From a virus (lineage: Duplodnaviria; Caudoviricetes), in the IMG/VR virus record IMGVR_UViG_3300009168_000008, positions 456 through 64,455 of that record: DNA of 64,000 nucleotides, one strand, 5' to 3'. The first letter of the stretch is position 1; each line of letters begins with the position of its first letter. The translations under genes and the position numbers were made by a program. This document shows, piece by piece, positions 8,946-20,292 of the stretch. Under the pieces are notes generated by a model that was not told the DNA's origin, searched no databases, and saw only the letters and a list, made by a program, of their open reading frames with translations.

Positions 8946-9910
8946 TCCACCCTCTTGACGTGCCGTCCGTGAACGGGCCGCGCGACCTGCCCGCCCTGCG
9001 GCGGTGGATCATGCGGCACTACCGCCAGGACGGCGTGCTCGGGTTCGCCAACGAGGCGCGCTTCATCGACCACGCGATGCCGGGTGCCCCGCTGTGGTGG
9101 GTCGACGGCGAGGCGTGCGACCTGCTCGCCGAGTCGAGCCCGACCCTGCCCGGGGACTACGTGCTGACGAAGGAGGACGTGCCCAGCCCGACCGGGTTCG
9201 TGGTGTTCGAGCATGACCTGGTCGGGACCGACAGCTACCCCAGCGCCGGAGGCCGGGAGGTGATCATCTCGGCGGTGCTCTGGTCGTACGGGCGACTGCC
9301 CGACATGGGCGGCCAGGCGCGCTACGGGATCAGCTTCATGCTGTTCACGAAGATGGACCTCGGCGACGAGACCCACGACATGCACCAGCTGTGGAAGATG
9401 CTCTTCCCGCCCGAGCTGCTGACCGGGCCGATCTGGGCGTTCATCGGGCGGACCGACTGGGTGTTCGACTGGGAGCTGGAGCAGGTCATCCCCGACAACC
9501 CGCACGGGTTCGATCCCATCGCCAACGCCTCGTTCGCCGAGGACCGCCGCCTGATGCTCGGGCTGTGGAAGCTGGCGACCACCCCCATCGTGCGCCACGA
9601 GCGCCGCTCACTCCCCCGCTACATGCGCCGACAGGCCGAGCGCGAGGGAACCAATCCCGATGTCCACGTGCTCTCGTTGCACGGGCCATCGGTCGGCGAG
9701 GCCCCGGATAGCGGATCCTCCGGGCCTCGCCATTACCGCAAGCGGTGGGTGGTCCGGCCGCACTGGGTCAACCAGCCATACGGACCAGGGCGCACCGAGC
9801 GCCGGCTGATACTCCGGGGACCGTTCGTCAAGGGACCCGAAGGTGCCCCGCTCATCGGCGGGGAGCGCGTCTGGCGCATCCAGGCACCCAAGCCAGAGGA
9901 AGGGAACTGA
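8942..9910 (+). CDS. Phage protein with basic C-terminal WVVRPHW...PFVKGP domain
   Basis: 322 aa; GTGA overlap. Confidence 0.7.
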   Translation: MIHPLDVPSVNGPRDLPALRRWIMRHYRQDGVLGFANEARFIDHAMPGAPLWWVDGEACDLLAESSPTLPGDYVLTKEDVPSPTGFVVFEHDLVGTDSYPSAGGREVIISAVLWSYGRLPDMGGQARYGISFMLFTKMDLGDETHDMHQLWKMLFPPELLTGPIWAFIGRTDWVFDWELEQVIPDNPHGFDPIANASFAEDRRLMLGLWKLATTPIVRHERRSLPRYMRRQAEREGTNPDVHVLSLHGPSVGEAPDSGSSGPRHYRKRWVVRPHWVNQPYGPGRTERRLILRGPFVKGPEGAPLIGGERVWRIQAPKPEEGN

Positions 9911-9912
9911 GC

Positions 9913-10777
9913 GTGGAGAGCAACGAGGAGAGGGTCGCCAAGGCCCTCACGAACGAGGCGCTGGCGGATCGACTGGAGCGCATCACGCGCTGGCCGACGA
10001 GCTGGTCAGCAGCCGAGCGGGAGGCCTTCGTGATGGAGGCAGCCAAGCGGCTGAAGGTCGGCGCACTGACCACGAGGAGGGGCTGATGGGGTACGACATG
10101 TACCGCAGGGGCGTCGACCGCAACACCGACGAGGGCTACTTCCGTCTGAACATCTGGGGCATGAGCGATGCCCGCGAGCAGCTGCTCCCGCTCGGGATCG
10201 TGCGGCTCGCCGCCGCGCCGGTGGTGCCGATGACGTCCGACTTCGGCGTCGAGGACAGCTTCGACTGGGACGACGCGCCCGAGGCCAGGAGCCCCGCCGA
10301 GAAGGCCTACGTCGAGGCGCTGCGGGTGTGGCGCGAGGGCAGTGACGGGGAGGGCCCGGGCATCCCCACCTACAAGCTGGGCAGCAACGACGGCTGGGTG
10401 GTGAACATCATCGAGGTCCAGTCGGGGGTGCGCCACGCCGACGAGCACCACCCGGGGTGGCGGACCACGGTGCACGACTTCGTCCGCGAGTTCATCGAGT
10501 GGGCCGAGACCTGCACCGAGGGCTTCGAGGTGTGGTGATGGACGAGACGATCCGGCTGGTCTGTCTGCCCGCCAGCAACCACGCGCCCCACGTTCCGGGG
10601 TCGGTGCGCAAGCCGTGCTACTCCTGCGCCGAGGACGTGTGGGTCAGCCCGGCCTCGATGGCGATCGCCGCCTCGCTGGAGTTCGTCTGCACCACGTGCG
10701 CGCCGTACGCGATGGACGACCCACGCTTCATGCCGCCGACCCCGGAGCAGCTGCGCGAAGTCAGGCGGTACCTGTGA
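9913..10777 (+). CDS. Three hypothetical genes (9913-10086, 10086-10538, 10538-10777)
   Basis: TGATG overlaps. Confidence 0.65.
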
Positions 10778-11358
10778 ATGAGCTCGAGACCGCGCTGGCC
10801 TTGGCCGAGGAATGGCGGCGGTGGTCGAGGGAGGTGGACTTCCCGTTCCGCCCCGACCACTGCATCAACGGCACGCGCGTGGTGACGCGGGCGCTGCACG
10901 CGATGGAGGTGTACGCCCGGCCGGTGAGCGTGGAGTTCTCGCTGTTCAACCAGGTCGCCTATCAGCTGTGGAAGCAGGGGGTGGAGATCGCCGAGTGGCC
11001 GCCCCACGCCTGGTCGCTCGGCGTCAACCGCGGTGCGCCGGCGAGCCGCGACCCGACGAAGTGGAACGGGCACCTGGTCTGCGAGGGGGTCGGATGGACG
11101 CTCGACATCTCGGCCGGGCAGTTCGACCGCAGCCCGCGCATCGTGGTCGACGGGCCGCAGATGTTCGACATGGTGCTGCCAGCCGACGGCGCGCAGCAGT
11201 GGCTGAGCGACGAGCGACAGCAGGTCTGGGTGATGTCGCGCAGCGGCGACAACCGCTGGCGCACCGCACCGGGGTGGAAGCGGATGCACGACACCGAGGT
11301 GCGAGAGATCGTCCGACGGACCCTCCGTCGGTTGAGCAGAAAGGAACATGATGGATGA
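10774..11358 (+). CDS. Putative papain/transglutaminase-fold protein
   Basis: DHC...WNGHLV...LDISAGQF, i.e. Cys-His-Asp order. Confidence 0.45.
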   Translation: MNELETALALAEEWRRWSREVDFPFRPDHCINGTRVVTRALHAMEVYARPVSVEFSLFNQVAYQLWKQGVEIAEWPPHAWSLGVNRGAPASRDPTKWNGHLVCEGVGWTLDISAGQFDRSPRIVVDGPQMFDMVLPADGAQQWLSDERQQVWVMSRSGDNRWRTAPGWKRMHDTEVREIVRRTLRRLSRKEHDG

Positions 11359-11992
11359 CCCCAAGCAGTTCGCCGAGATGCACGGGCAGCTCGCCGACGA
11401 GATGCGCTCTGTGGCGTTCACGCCGACCGGTCTGGCGGAGATGTTCGCCACCGGGGCGAGACGCAACTTCGCCGAGTACGGGAGCCTGGTGCCGATCGTG
11501 GCGCTGCACTCCAAGACGCAGACGGTGATGGTGACGGTCGCCGCCGACACCCCGTACATGGCCGAGCGCTTCGGCTTCCTGGTCGGGATGTTCGTGGCCA
11601 CGGTCGAGCCCGCCTACATCACGATCGTGATGGAGGCGTGGACCAAGGAGTTCCCGGCCGACACCAAGCCTGAGAGGATCAAGCGCGGGCAGCTCGGCGA
11701 GATGGCCGAGACCGGCGACCAGACAGTGCGCACGGCACTGGTGTCGATGACGGTGAGCCGCGACGGCAGAGGCCTGATGATCTACGACCGGGTGGACCCG
11801 GACGGCTTCGACCGCACGGTCAACGAGAATCCGGTCGGTGGCGTACCCGATGCTGTGGCCGAAGGATGGAGGGTCGGCCTCGAGGAGGGCAGGCCAGAGT
11901 TCGGGCTCCAGCGGCTGGTCGAGATGGCCGCCGCGATCGGCTACATCACGTCGGGCACGATCCAGGAGTGGGGCGAAGATGCTCCCTCGTGA
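11348..11992 (+). CDS. Hypothetical protein
   Basis: RBS; 214 aa. Confidence 0.7.
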   Translation: MMDDPKQFAEMHGQLADEMRSVAFTPTGLAEMFATGARRNFAEYGSLVPIVALHSKTQTVMVTVAADTPYMAERFGFLVGMFVATVEPAYITIVMEAWTKEFPADTKPERIKRGQLGEMAETGDQTVRTALVSMTVSRDGRGLMIYDRVDPDGFDRTVNENPVGGVPDAVAEGWRVGLEEGRPEFGLQRLVEMAAAIGYITSGTIQEWGEDAPS

Positions 11993-12006
11993 TTGGCGGG
12001 TATCAA

Positions 12007-12036
12007 TTGACGTGAGCAGGCCCCACGCGGTAGGCT
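12007..12036 (+). promoter_or_regulatory. SigA-type promoter
   Basis: TTGACG-N18-TAGGCT. Confidence 0.65.
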
Positions 12037-12081
12037 ACGGTACCGCCCCGCGGCGGGATGGCCCGATGAAAGGAACCGACG

Positions 12082-12561
12082 ATGAGTGAGAGTGAGCAGG
12101 AGTACTACACCCCGCCGCAAGCGGCGCTCGCCCTCGGCATCTCCAAGCAACGGACCTACCAGCTGATCTCGTTCGGGCAGTTCCCCGGGACGATCCGCAG
12201 GGGGCGGAACTACTACATCCCGAAGGAAGTGATCGAGGACAGACTCGCTGGGAACGAGCGGTTGGAATCGAAGAACTGCGTCAGCGCCCAGGAGGTGGCC
12301 GACTTCTTCGGGACCAACGTGCGCACGGTGCGCGACTGGAACACCGAAGGCCTACTGCCGGCGCAGCGCATCCACGGGCGGCTGTGCTTTGCGCCGACCG
12401 ACGTGATCGCCTTCATCCCAAAGACCTACGGCTCGTCGGGCAGGTACCCCGCCCGCAAGCCGACACGAACTCTCCGGGGCCGGAAGTACCCGGTGCCGGA
12501 GGGCCAACAACAACCACCCAATGAAAGGAACCCACGTGGGAAAGCAGAAGGAGCTTCGTGA
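12082..12561 (+). CDS. Tandem excisionase/MerR-like HTH protein
   Basis: YTPPQAALALGISKQRTYQLI and SAQEVADFFGTNVRTVRDW. Confidence 0.8.
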   Translation: MSESEQEYYTPPQAALALGISKQRTYQLISFGQFPGTIRRGRNYYIPKEVIEDRLAGNERLESKNCVSAQEVADFFGTNVRTVRDWNTEGLLPAQRIHGRLCFAPTDVIAFIPKTYGSSGRYPARKPTRTLRGRKYPVPEGQQQPPNERNPRGKAEGAS

Positions 12562-13987
12562 GGAGATGCTCGATGAGCTCGCCGTCGAAGGCGGGCGATT
12601 GCTCGGAGAGGACGACATCACCTTCGAAGGTGAGAAGTTCGTCATCCCGGCCATCGTCAGCGACCTCAACGAGGCGATCGAATTCCTGACCGAGAGGCGT
12701 GACGACGAGGAGCGGACCACCCGCTACGACCGCACGTTTCCGTACCGCCCGATGGACGGGGCGCGCGCCACTGCCAAGGCGATCACCAAGGGTGCCGGGT
12801 TCACGCTCGGCAAGACGGTGCACAGCTTCTTCGGGTCCAGCCCGCCGGAGTTGCGGACGATCACCACCGGGCCGAATGGCGAGACGGAGCAGGTGCCGTG
12901 GGGGGCGATGATGATCCCCGGCCTCGACCGCACGTCGGTCTATCTCAGCAATACCACCGACCCGGTGCTCGGCGAGGTGTTCCGCATCGTGGTCGAGGGG
13001 CCACGCAAGTATCGGCACCACATCAAGGGGCTGTTCAAGCGCATCGGGGAGTACCTCGCCACCGACAGCCTCTACCGCGGCAAGGCGATGGATGGAGCGA
13101 TGAACTTCATGGACGTCTTCCGCATCAACCGCGACGACTACGTCTATGCCGAGCGGGTCGAGCGCCGGTTGCAGTGCGAGGTGTGGGACCGCATCCGCTA
13201 CGCCGACGAGTTCCTCGCCCTCGGCCAATCACCCAAGCGGGCCTACCTGTTGGAGGGACCGTACGGATCGGGCAAGAGCGCCGCCGCTGACCTCACCGCT
13301 CAGGTGGCTCTGGAGCACGAGTGGACGTTCTTGTTCTGCCGGCCCGAGGACGACATCGCCACGGTGTTGCAGATGGGCCGGATGTACCAGCCATGCGTGA
13401 TCTTCCGGGAGGATGTCGACTCCATCGCCCGGGCCGGTGCCGCCAACATCGAGCGCACGCTCGACCTGATGGACGGGATCGACAACAAGGGCCTGAAGAT
13501 GTTGGTGATCATGACCACCAACCACGCCGAGGAAATCCACAAGGGGATGATCCGGCCGGGCAGGTTGCACGGGATCATCCGCATCGAGGGGCTCGACGAT
13601 CGGGCCATCGAGATGCTCACGCGGCGGGTCGTCGGCGAGGGCCTGGAGAGCAACATCGACTGGCGCTCTGTGTGCGACTCGATGCAGGGCTACATGCCCG
13701 CCTTCGTACGGGAGGCGCTCGACCGTGCGGTCGGGTACTCGGTGTCGTCCCACAACGGGCGGCTCGGGCTGATCGGAACGGACGAGTTGGTCAACGCCGC
13801 CGACAGCCTGCGCGAGCAGTACCAGATGATGGAGGATGCCAACGAGGGCGTCGTCCCCGACTGCATCAGCGAGGCGGTGCGCGACATCGTCGCCGAGGTC
13901 GTCACGGAGAAGGTGCACGGGGCGCACGTGGTCGACGGCGATGGCGACTACCGCTTCGAGCTGGCCGTCCAGCAGAACGGCGGCTGA
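12536..13987 (+). CDS. AAA+ ATPase
   Basis: GPYGSGKS, IFREDVD, MTTN, RPGRL. Confidence 0.9.
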   Translation: MGKQKELREEMLDELAVEGGRLLGEDDITFEGEKFVIPAIVSDLNEAIEFLTERRDDEERTTRYDRTFPYRPMDGARATAKAITKGAGFTLGKTVHSFFGSSPPELRTITTGPNGETEQVPWGAMMIPGLDRTSVYLSNTTDPVLGEVFRIVVEGPRKYRHHIKGLFKRIGEYLATDSLYRGKAMDGAMNFMDVFRINRDDYVYAERVERRLQCEVWDRIRYADEFLALGQSPKRAYLLEGPYGSGKSAAADLTAQVALEHEWTFLFCRPEDDIATVLQMGRMYQPCVIFREDVDSIARAGAANIERTLDLMDGIDNKGLKMLVIMTTNHAEEIHKGMIRPGRLHGIIRIEGLDDRAIEMLTRRVVGEGLESNIDWRSVCDSMQGYMPAFVREALDRAVGYSVSSHNGRLGLIGTDELVNAADSLREQYQMMEDANEGVVPDCISEAVRDIVAEVVTEKVHGAHVVDGDGDYRFELAVQQNGG

Positions 13988-14073
13988 CCGAATGAAAGGT
14001 GGGGGCGCGTTCACCACCGGCGGGAGTGGGATCGCGCCCCCGCCGCCAGTCTCGCAACAGAAAGGACAGATGG

Positions 14074-17000
14074 ATGAGGTATGACCTGGGCGACTTCAAC
14101 GCCGCCCGCGACATCGCACTCGAAGTGGGCGACGGCAACTGGCCGTGGATGGTGATCGGGGTGTTCCCGCCCGAGGGCACGGATGCGCAGGACGGGTGGT
14201 GGAATCGCTTCTGCTACACGACCAAGGCCCCGATGCCGGCTGAGATGTGGGCCCCGTGCTGCTCCATCGAGGGGCGGTGCATGGACTTCAACCTCACGGG
14301 GTCGATCCTCAACCGCCTGACGGCGGGGTACATCTACGGCCCGCTGAACGATGGCGACGACGTGATCGTTCCGCTCGGGATCGCCGAGGACCCGGAGCAC
14401 GACGACGTGGACTCGGTGTGGTGGATCGGCAGCCCCGACACCCGCGAGCGCCGCCAGACGTTCCAGTCGAGCAAGCCCGTCGTGATCCCGGTGCTGTGGA
14501 GCTCGCCGCTGGGCTTCCGCTACGTCACCAAGAGTGGCCGGGTGCTCACCGACGAGGACATCCAGGAGCTCGCCGACGAGGCCGAGGCGGGCTACGACAT
14601 CACGACCCTGGTCGAGAGGCAGCAGTGAGCCGGGCGGTGTACGCCATCATCGTCGACTGCGACGAGGAATCGCTGATGGTTCCCGCCCTGCTCGCTCAGG
14701 TGGTGACGGTGATCGAGGAGCGGGCCTGGCCTGAAGTTCGCGCCGCGGTGGTCAACGCCGTGGTGCCGCTGGCGGGTGACACCGCCAGGCAAGACCCGGA
14801 GAGGACGACAGCGGAGATCACTCTCGTCTTCACCGGTTGACACAGACAGCAATGGAAAGGAACTGAGGACATGAATGTTGGAGAGCTGAAGGCAGCACTG
14901 GACGACTACGGCGATCACGTCGAGGTCTACATCCGGGTGTTCAACGACACCGAGCAAGAGGCCACTTTCGGGAGTCTCGAGGTGGAGTGGGGAACCGTCG
15001 ACGGCGACGGCGCGGTGGTGATCAGCGGATGAGCGGCGGCGACTTGCTCATCGGCCTGGTGATCGGGGTGGTCTGCGGAGGCTTCCTCGGTGTCGCCTGG
15101 GACCGGTGGTCGCGACGCGACGACGACAAGCGACCGGAGTATCTGCGGCGGGTGGTTCACCCGTCGCGGCTGGCCCGGATGCACGTGATCGAGGACGAAG
15201 GACTCCAGGGGAACTGGAAGAGGGAGGACCACCGCTGATGGGAGGCACGACTTTCTACAACGAGGTGCCGGCGCACGGCGAGACGACGACCGTGTCCGCC
15301 GCGTTCCTGCACGCCGTCGAACAGGCGCAGTGGGAACACGGCCACGGCGGCTACACCGGCACGATCGCCGAGAAGCACGGCTACGTCGAGTTCACCATCC
15401 CGGAGGGGCTGAGCGCGCAAGACGTGACCAAGCTGATCCGGGAGTACGAGGAGAACCAGTGGGCAGCCGACGAGGCCAAGGTGCCGGTGGTGATCCCGCC
15501 GGGGCTCGACCTCGCCCGCATGTTCGCCGTGTACGACGACAAGTGGGGACCAGCCGTGGCCTTCAAGAGCGGCAACAGCTGGGTGTTCTGCGGATGGGCC
15601 AGTTGCTGATGGCCGAGGACTACTTCGTAGACGACCGCCACGCGCTGTACGTCGGGTGGGTGGCGGGCATCGCCACCCGCCACGGACTGCGCGTCGCGCC
15701 GGTGATGGTCGACACCGACTACACCGACCGGATCGAGCTCATCTTCACCGACGAGCTGTCGATCACGGTCGTGGTGCCGTACCCGCCCGACGACTGGGAG
15801 TTGACGGCATGAGCGATCCGAACAAGGAGCTGATCGGCAGACTGGCCCGGCGAGGGGAGGTGGTGGAGACACCGCCGCCTCCCCCCGCTTACGTCGCCGA
15901 CTGGAACGCGCCGATCGACACGATCCAGGCCGACTGCCTCTCGCTACGGGCGGTGGTCAACGGCGAGTTCGCCGCCGCCAAGAGTCGAGCCCGGGAGTGG
16001 ATACCCGGGCCGATGCCGCGGGACTGGTGGCCAGCATGAGCGCCTGGATCACAGTCACCGGCTTCGAGACGGGAGCCAAGATCGACGTGCAGATCAGCTG
16101 CATCGCGGCGATCGCCGACCCCGACCCGAGCGGGGCGAAGACGCCGATGATCCAGCTGAGCATGGGCGGGTCCATCTCGATCCGCGAGGACCGAGAGAAG
16201 CTCCGGGCCCTGATCTGGGTGGCGGAGAACCAATGAGGGACCAACCAGTACCGGGCTTCCGGATCAACGAGATCACCGCGTTCACCTGCATCGGGGACGA
16301 CGACGAGGAGGGCTTGGTCGCCTTCCTCGACCCCGGCCTCGGGGTGTGGATGCCGATGGTCTCGGCCGACATCACCCGCCTGTCGATCTTGCGCGACAAG
16401 GCCGACGAGTTCCGCCGTGACGGCACGGTGATCCGCGAGCGGGTGTTCAGGGCGGTGGACGATGGCGCGTAGACCCAACCGATACCTGACCGACCTGCGC
16501 GCGGGTGAAACCAACGTCGACTTCCAGACCTGTCGCACACTGCGCCACGCCTGGGACGTGATCGGCAAGGGCGACCGTCGACCCGAGTTCGGGACGATGA
16601 TCTGCCTGCGCTGCGTACGTTGCTCGACGCTGCGCTACGACCGCTACAGCCGCCTCACGGGAGAGCGGCTCGGTCCGCCCGCCTACGTGTGGCCTGACGG
16701 CTACCGCGATACCGAGGGCCACGACTCCGCCTGGTGGCGGGCACAGTGGGCCGAGGCGATGTACATCCAGGGCCTCTCGGCCGATGCAGAGGACGACGAG
16801 GTGGCAACCAAGCGAAGGAGGAAGCGAGCATGAGCGAGAGCGCGCCGGTGTGTCCGGGGTGCGGGGCGGTGGCGGTGCACCTGCCAGACGGCAACGAGTT
16901 CGTCGAGGGGCCGTGCTGGGAGACGATCCACAAGACGGGCTGCACCTGGATGCACGACCCGGACGCCAAGCCGTACGACGACCACGACACCTTCGTGGTG

Positions 17001-17304
17001 ACCGATGAGTGACGACCCGAACATCGCCAAGCTGCGCTGGATCGACGACCCACACGAGTGGGATGCCGAGCCCGGGTTTCGCACCCGCGACCTGACGAAC
17101 GATGAGGCGTGGGATGCAATGCAGAGAGCCGCCGACGTCGTGGTCCTCAACGCCCTGGGCGGGCGGCGGTTGCTGCTCGAACTCGGGTTCTCCGTCATGC
17201 ACTCGCTGTGCAGGGAGTTGGACGACACCGCTCGGCAGTACTCCGACATCTACGAGGCGGTGCGCCGTCAGCGTCGGCCACCGAAGGAGGAAGCAGGTGA
17301 GTGA
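14074..17304 (+). CDS. Run of coupled small hypothetical genes (14074-14628, 14625-14840, 14871-15032, 15029-15238, 15238-15609, 15609-15812, 15809-16039, 16036-16236, 16233-16472, 16462-16833, 16830-17012, 17005-17304)
   Basis: Near-continuous stop/start overlaps and phage-like composition. Confidence 0.65.
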
Positions 17305-17611
17305 CGACCCGTGGGCCGACCCGCGCGCGCAGCGTTGGCTGAAGCACGTCAAGGACGTGGTGGTCCCGATGGTCGAAGGAGTCAACGCCTTCGTCTCCAT
17401 CGCCCCGCACGGCGAGCCCGACGTGAAGTTCTGCGTCGAGCTGGGCCTCGGGATCATGTACGGCAAGCCGATCATCGTCGTGGCGCGAGAGCGCGCCGAT
17501 GTACCGAGCGGGCTGTGGATGATCGCCGAGGCCGTGCTCATCGGGGACATGACCGACCCGGTGTTCCAGGCCCGCATCGCCGAGACGATCAAGGGGGTGG
17601 CGCGTGACTAA
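17297..17611 (+). CDS. Small nucleoside-deoxyribosyltransferase/TIR-like fold protein (tentative)
   Basis: VELGLGIMYGKPIIVV. Confidence 0.4.
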   Translation: MSDDPWADPRAQRWLKHVKDVVVPMVEGVNAFVSIAPHGEPDVKFCVELGLGIMYGKPIIVVARERADVPSGLWMIAEAVLIGDMTDPVFQARIAETIKGVARD

Positions 17612-19462
17612 GTGCTACGACGACGACAACCTCAACGATGAGCTCGCCGTGGAACTGGAGGCCGAGCGGGCGCTGGCCGACGACCTGATGGACGTGCTCA
17701 GCCACATGGTCGTCGGGTGGGAGAACGTCATCGGGCACGACCTGGCTCAGCACCCCTCGGTGCTGCGGGTGGCGGCGCGGTACCGGGAAGCGCGGGGGCG
17801 ATGAGCGCCGAGTGGGTGATGACATTCGTGATGGTCGCCTGCCAGTTCGTCATCGTGATGTTCTGCTGGCGCAAGCCGAAGTGGATGGCTGTCGCCATCG
17901 GCGGGTGGTTCCTGATGAACATCCTCACCGAGGTGCTCGGCGCGGTCAGCGGGACAAGGGCCACGCCATGAGCATCTTCGACTGGCCGGTGGACAAGCCG
18001 GCCCACGAAGCGATCGGCGAGGCCATCGGAGCGGCGTCGATGTGCTGGATCCCCTCACCGGCCGATGTCCGTTCCCAGATGGTGTTCGACTCGACGCGCG
18101 CGGCGCAGATCGCGCAGGAACTGGAGGACCTGTTGAAGCGGAAGCTATGGGTGGAGCCATGAGGTACGACGACGAGGCCAGCGCGCTGATCATCGACGAC
18201 GACTTCGCCCTGCCGGCCAAGTTCTTCATCAACGAGCACTACGAGTATCCGATCGGCACGTTCCGCGACCCGTCCCGGCAGCTGACCCAGGAGACGCGGG
18301 TGTTCCGCTGCACCTTCGAGAACCGGTGGTCGCTGTCGATCATCTGGGGGTCGATGACCTACTGCGTCAACCACGACCACCCGCACGGCGACTGGCGGGG
18401 CAACACCTCGCCGGAGTTCGTCGAGGAGCCGAACACTGTCGAGGTCGGGATCATCATGCCCGAGACGCGGGTGCGCCCGGCGACCAAGATCGACGTGGAT
18501 GACCTGCCCGGGTGGACGGGGCCGTCCGAGATGCCCGAGCGGGAGTACGAGCTGTGGGGCGATCCCATCGGCTGGGTCGACGCGGCCGGGCTGCGCTTCC
18601 TGGTCGGGGTGGTCTCGCGCTTCGACTCACACACCTGGACCGAGCCAGAGGAAGGTCCGTACCTGGAATGCACCGACGGGGTCTACCGCCTCGTCACCAC
18701 CGACGAAAGGAACGCCCATGAGGAAGGTCTGGAAGTACACGCTGACCCCGGAGATAGCGACGCGGATCGACGGGGGTGACCCGCGGGTGGTCCACGTCGG
18801 GATCGACCCGATCTGGTTGAACTCGCCGCTGCGCAATCGACCGGAGGCCAACGTGCCGACGGTGTGGGTCGAGCTGGAGCCGGAGGTGCCGTCTGATCAC
18901 CTGACCCTGGTGTTCGTCGGGACAGGGCACTCGATCCCGTGGAGCGACTACCAACACGTCGGGTCGTGCATCTCGCCAGCGGGCCTGGTGTGGCACGTCT
19001 ACGACATCGACCGACAGGTGAGGTCGTTCCGTGGCTAGGCGCAAGATCGTCACGCTCCACACGCCGATGATGTTGAAGCTGTTCACGGAGATCCTCGACG
19101 TGGTGTCCGAGAAGTACCCGAACGCCGTGGTCGAGGGCGGCGAGGACTACACCGTGTGGACCGAGCCAGCGTCGCCCCCGCTCAGCGGGACAGGAGTCGT
19201 GCCGTGCTCGACATGAGCCCGTGGGCAGACTTCGCCATCACCCTCGGCGTGGCGGCGCTTCTGCTGTGCGTTGCGCTCGGCATCGGGGCATGGTTAGAGC
19301 AAGGCGGCAAGTCAGACCCGGAGGACTACTCAGATGATGAATAGCGCGGTGCGCGTGTTCCTGTTCCTGCTCGTCGTGGGCGTCACCGCGACCGCCGTGG
19401 CGACCGCCGTGGTGTGGTACATGCGCCAGGAAGTGATCGAGCCCTACCGGGGACCGCGATGA
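17604..19462 (+). CDS. Run of small genes (17604-17804, 17801-17971 TM, 17968-18162, 18159-18779, 18718-19038, 19031-19216, 19213-19344 TM, 19337-19462 TM)
   Basis: Overlapping stops/starts; hydrophobic segments. Confidence 0.6.
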
Positions 19463-19575
19463 GCGCCGCCTCCTACGGCTCTCAGCAGCTTCGTACGGGC
19501 GGGGCGCGGCGCGGGTACCGCCCGGGCTGTTGCGCGCTCCTACGGGGCGTACAGCGGCCCGCCCACGGGGCGACA

Positions 19576-19593
19576 GGCCCCCGCGCGGGGGCC
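19576..19593. repeat. 18-bp palindrome, copy 2, in the promoter of the modification operon
   Basis: Exact; 3 bp upstream of TAGCCT-N6-ATG(19609). Confidence 0.9.
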
Positions 19594-19608
19594 GCGTAGC
19601 CTCCCCCG

Positions 19609-20292
19609 ATGCGCATCTACATCCCCAGCCTCGACAGGCCCGGCAACGTGCCGGAGATGCAGGCACAGGCCGGGATCGCCGAGCTCGTCTGGTTGGTGCC
19701 CGAGGACCAGGAGCAGGCCTACCGGAAGGCCGGAGCCAAGAGCGTGATCACGGGGCCGCGCGACAAGCCGAGCAAGATCAACGCCATCCTCGACGCCTAC
19801 CCGGACCAGTGGCGGGTGTTCTCCGACGACGACTGCCGCCGCCTGACGATCCTCAACGACAGTGGAGCTTCGGTGCGTTGCACGCTCGGGCTGGCGGCCT
19901 CGGAGTACATCGCTGTCGGCAACCGCCGGCGCGACCACCTCGTCGCCATGCCGAACATGAGCAACGCCCACTTCGCCGCCCGGCGGGTGAGCGACTGGGG
20001 CTCGACGGTCGGGTGGTTCTTCGCCGTGGCCCCGGACACCGAGTGCCGGCTGGACCCCGAGATGCCCTACGGGGACGACGTCGACTTCGCCTGCCGGGTG
20101 TTCATGCGCTACGGCCGCATCGCCCGCGTGGGGTGGATCATCGGTGACTACCGATACGGCGACCGGGACAGCCACTTCCGCGTCGAGCACATGGCACAGA
20201 ACGATGTCCACCGTGCGCTGATCGCTCGCTACCCCGGGCTGTTGCAGTGGAAGAACGACGCGGTGCTCGGGTTCCGCAGGGTGAAGGCGTGA
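19609..20292 (+). CDS. TET-associated (TAGT/GREB1-like) glycosyltransferase
   Basis: IYIPSLDR, VPEDQ..Y, SDDD, DDVDF, YPG; GT-A fold; leaderless start. Confidence 0.75.
   Translation: MRIYIPSLDRPGNVPEMQAQAGIAELVWLVPEDQEQAYRKAGAKSVITGPRDKPSKINAILDAYPDQWRVFSDDDCRRLTILNDSGASVRCTLGLAASEYIAVGNRRRDHLVAMPNMSNAHFAARRVSDWGSTVGWFFAVAPDTECRLDPEMPYGDDVDFACRVFMRYGRIARVGWIIGDYRYGDRDSHFRVEHMAQNDVHRALIARYPGLLQWKNDAVLGFRRVKA

Noticed and set aside
12082-12561. Excisionase as evidence of an integrating prophage
   Set aside because: No integrase, att site or host flanking genes were seen; such HTH domains are common regulators.
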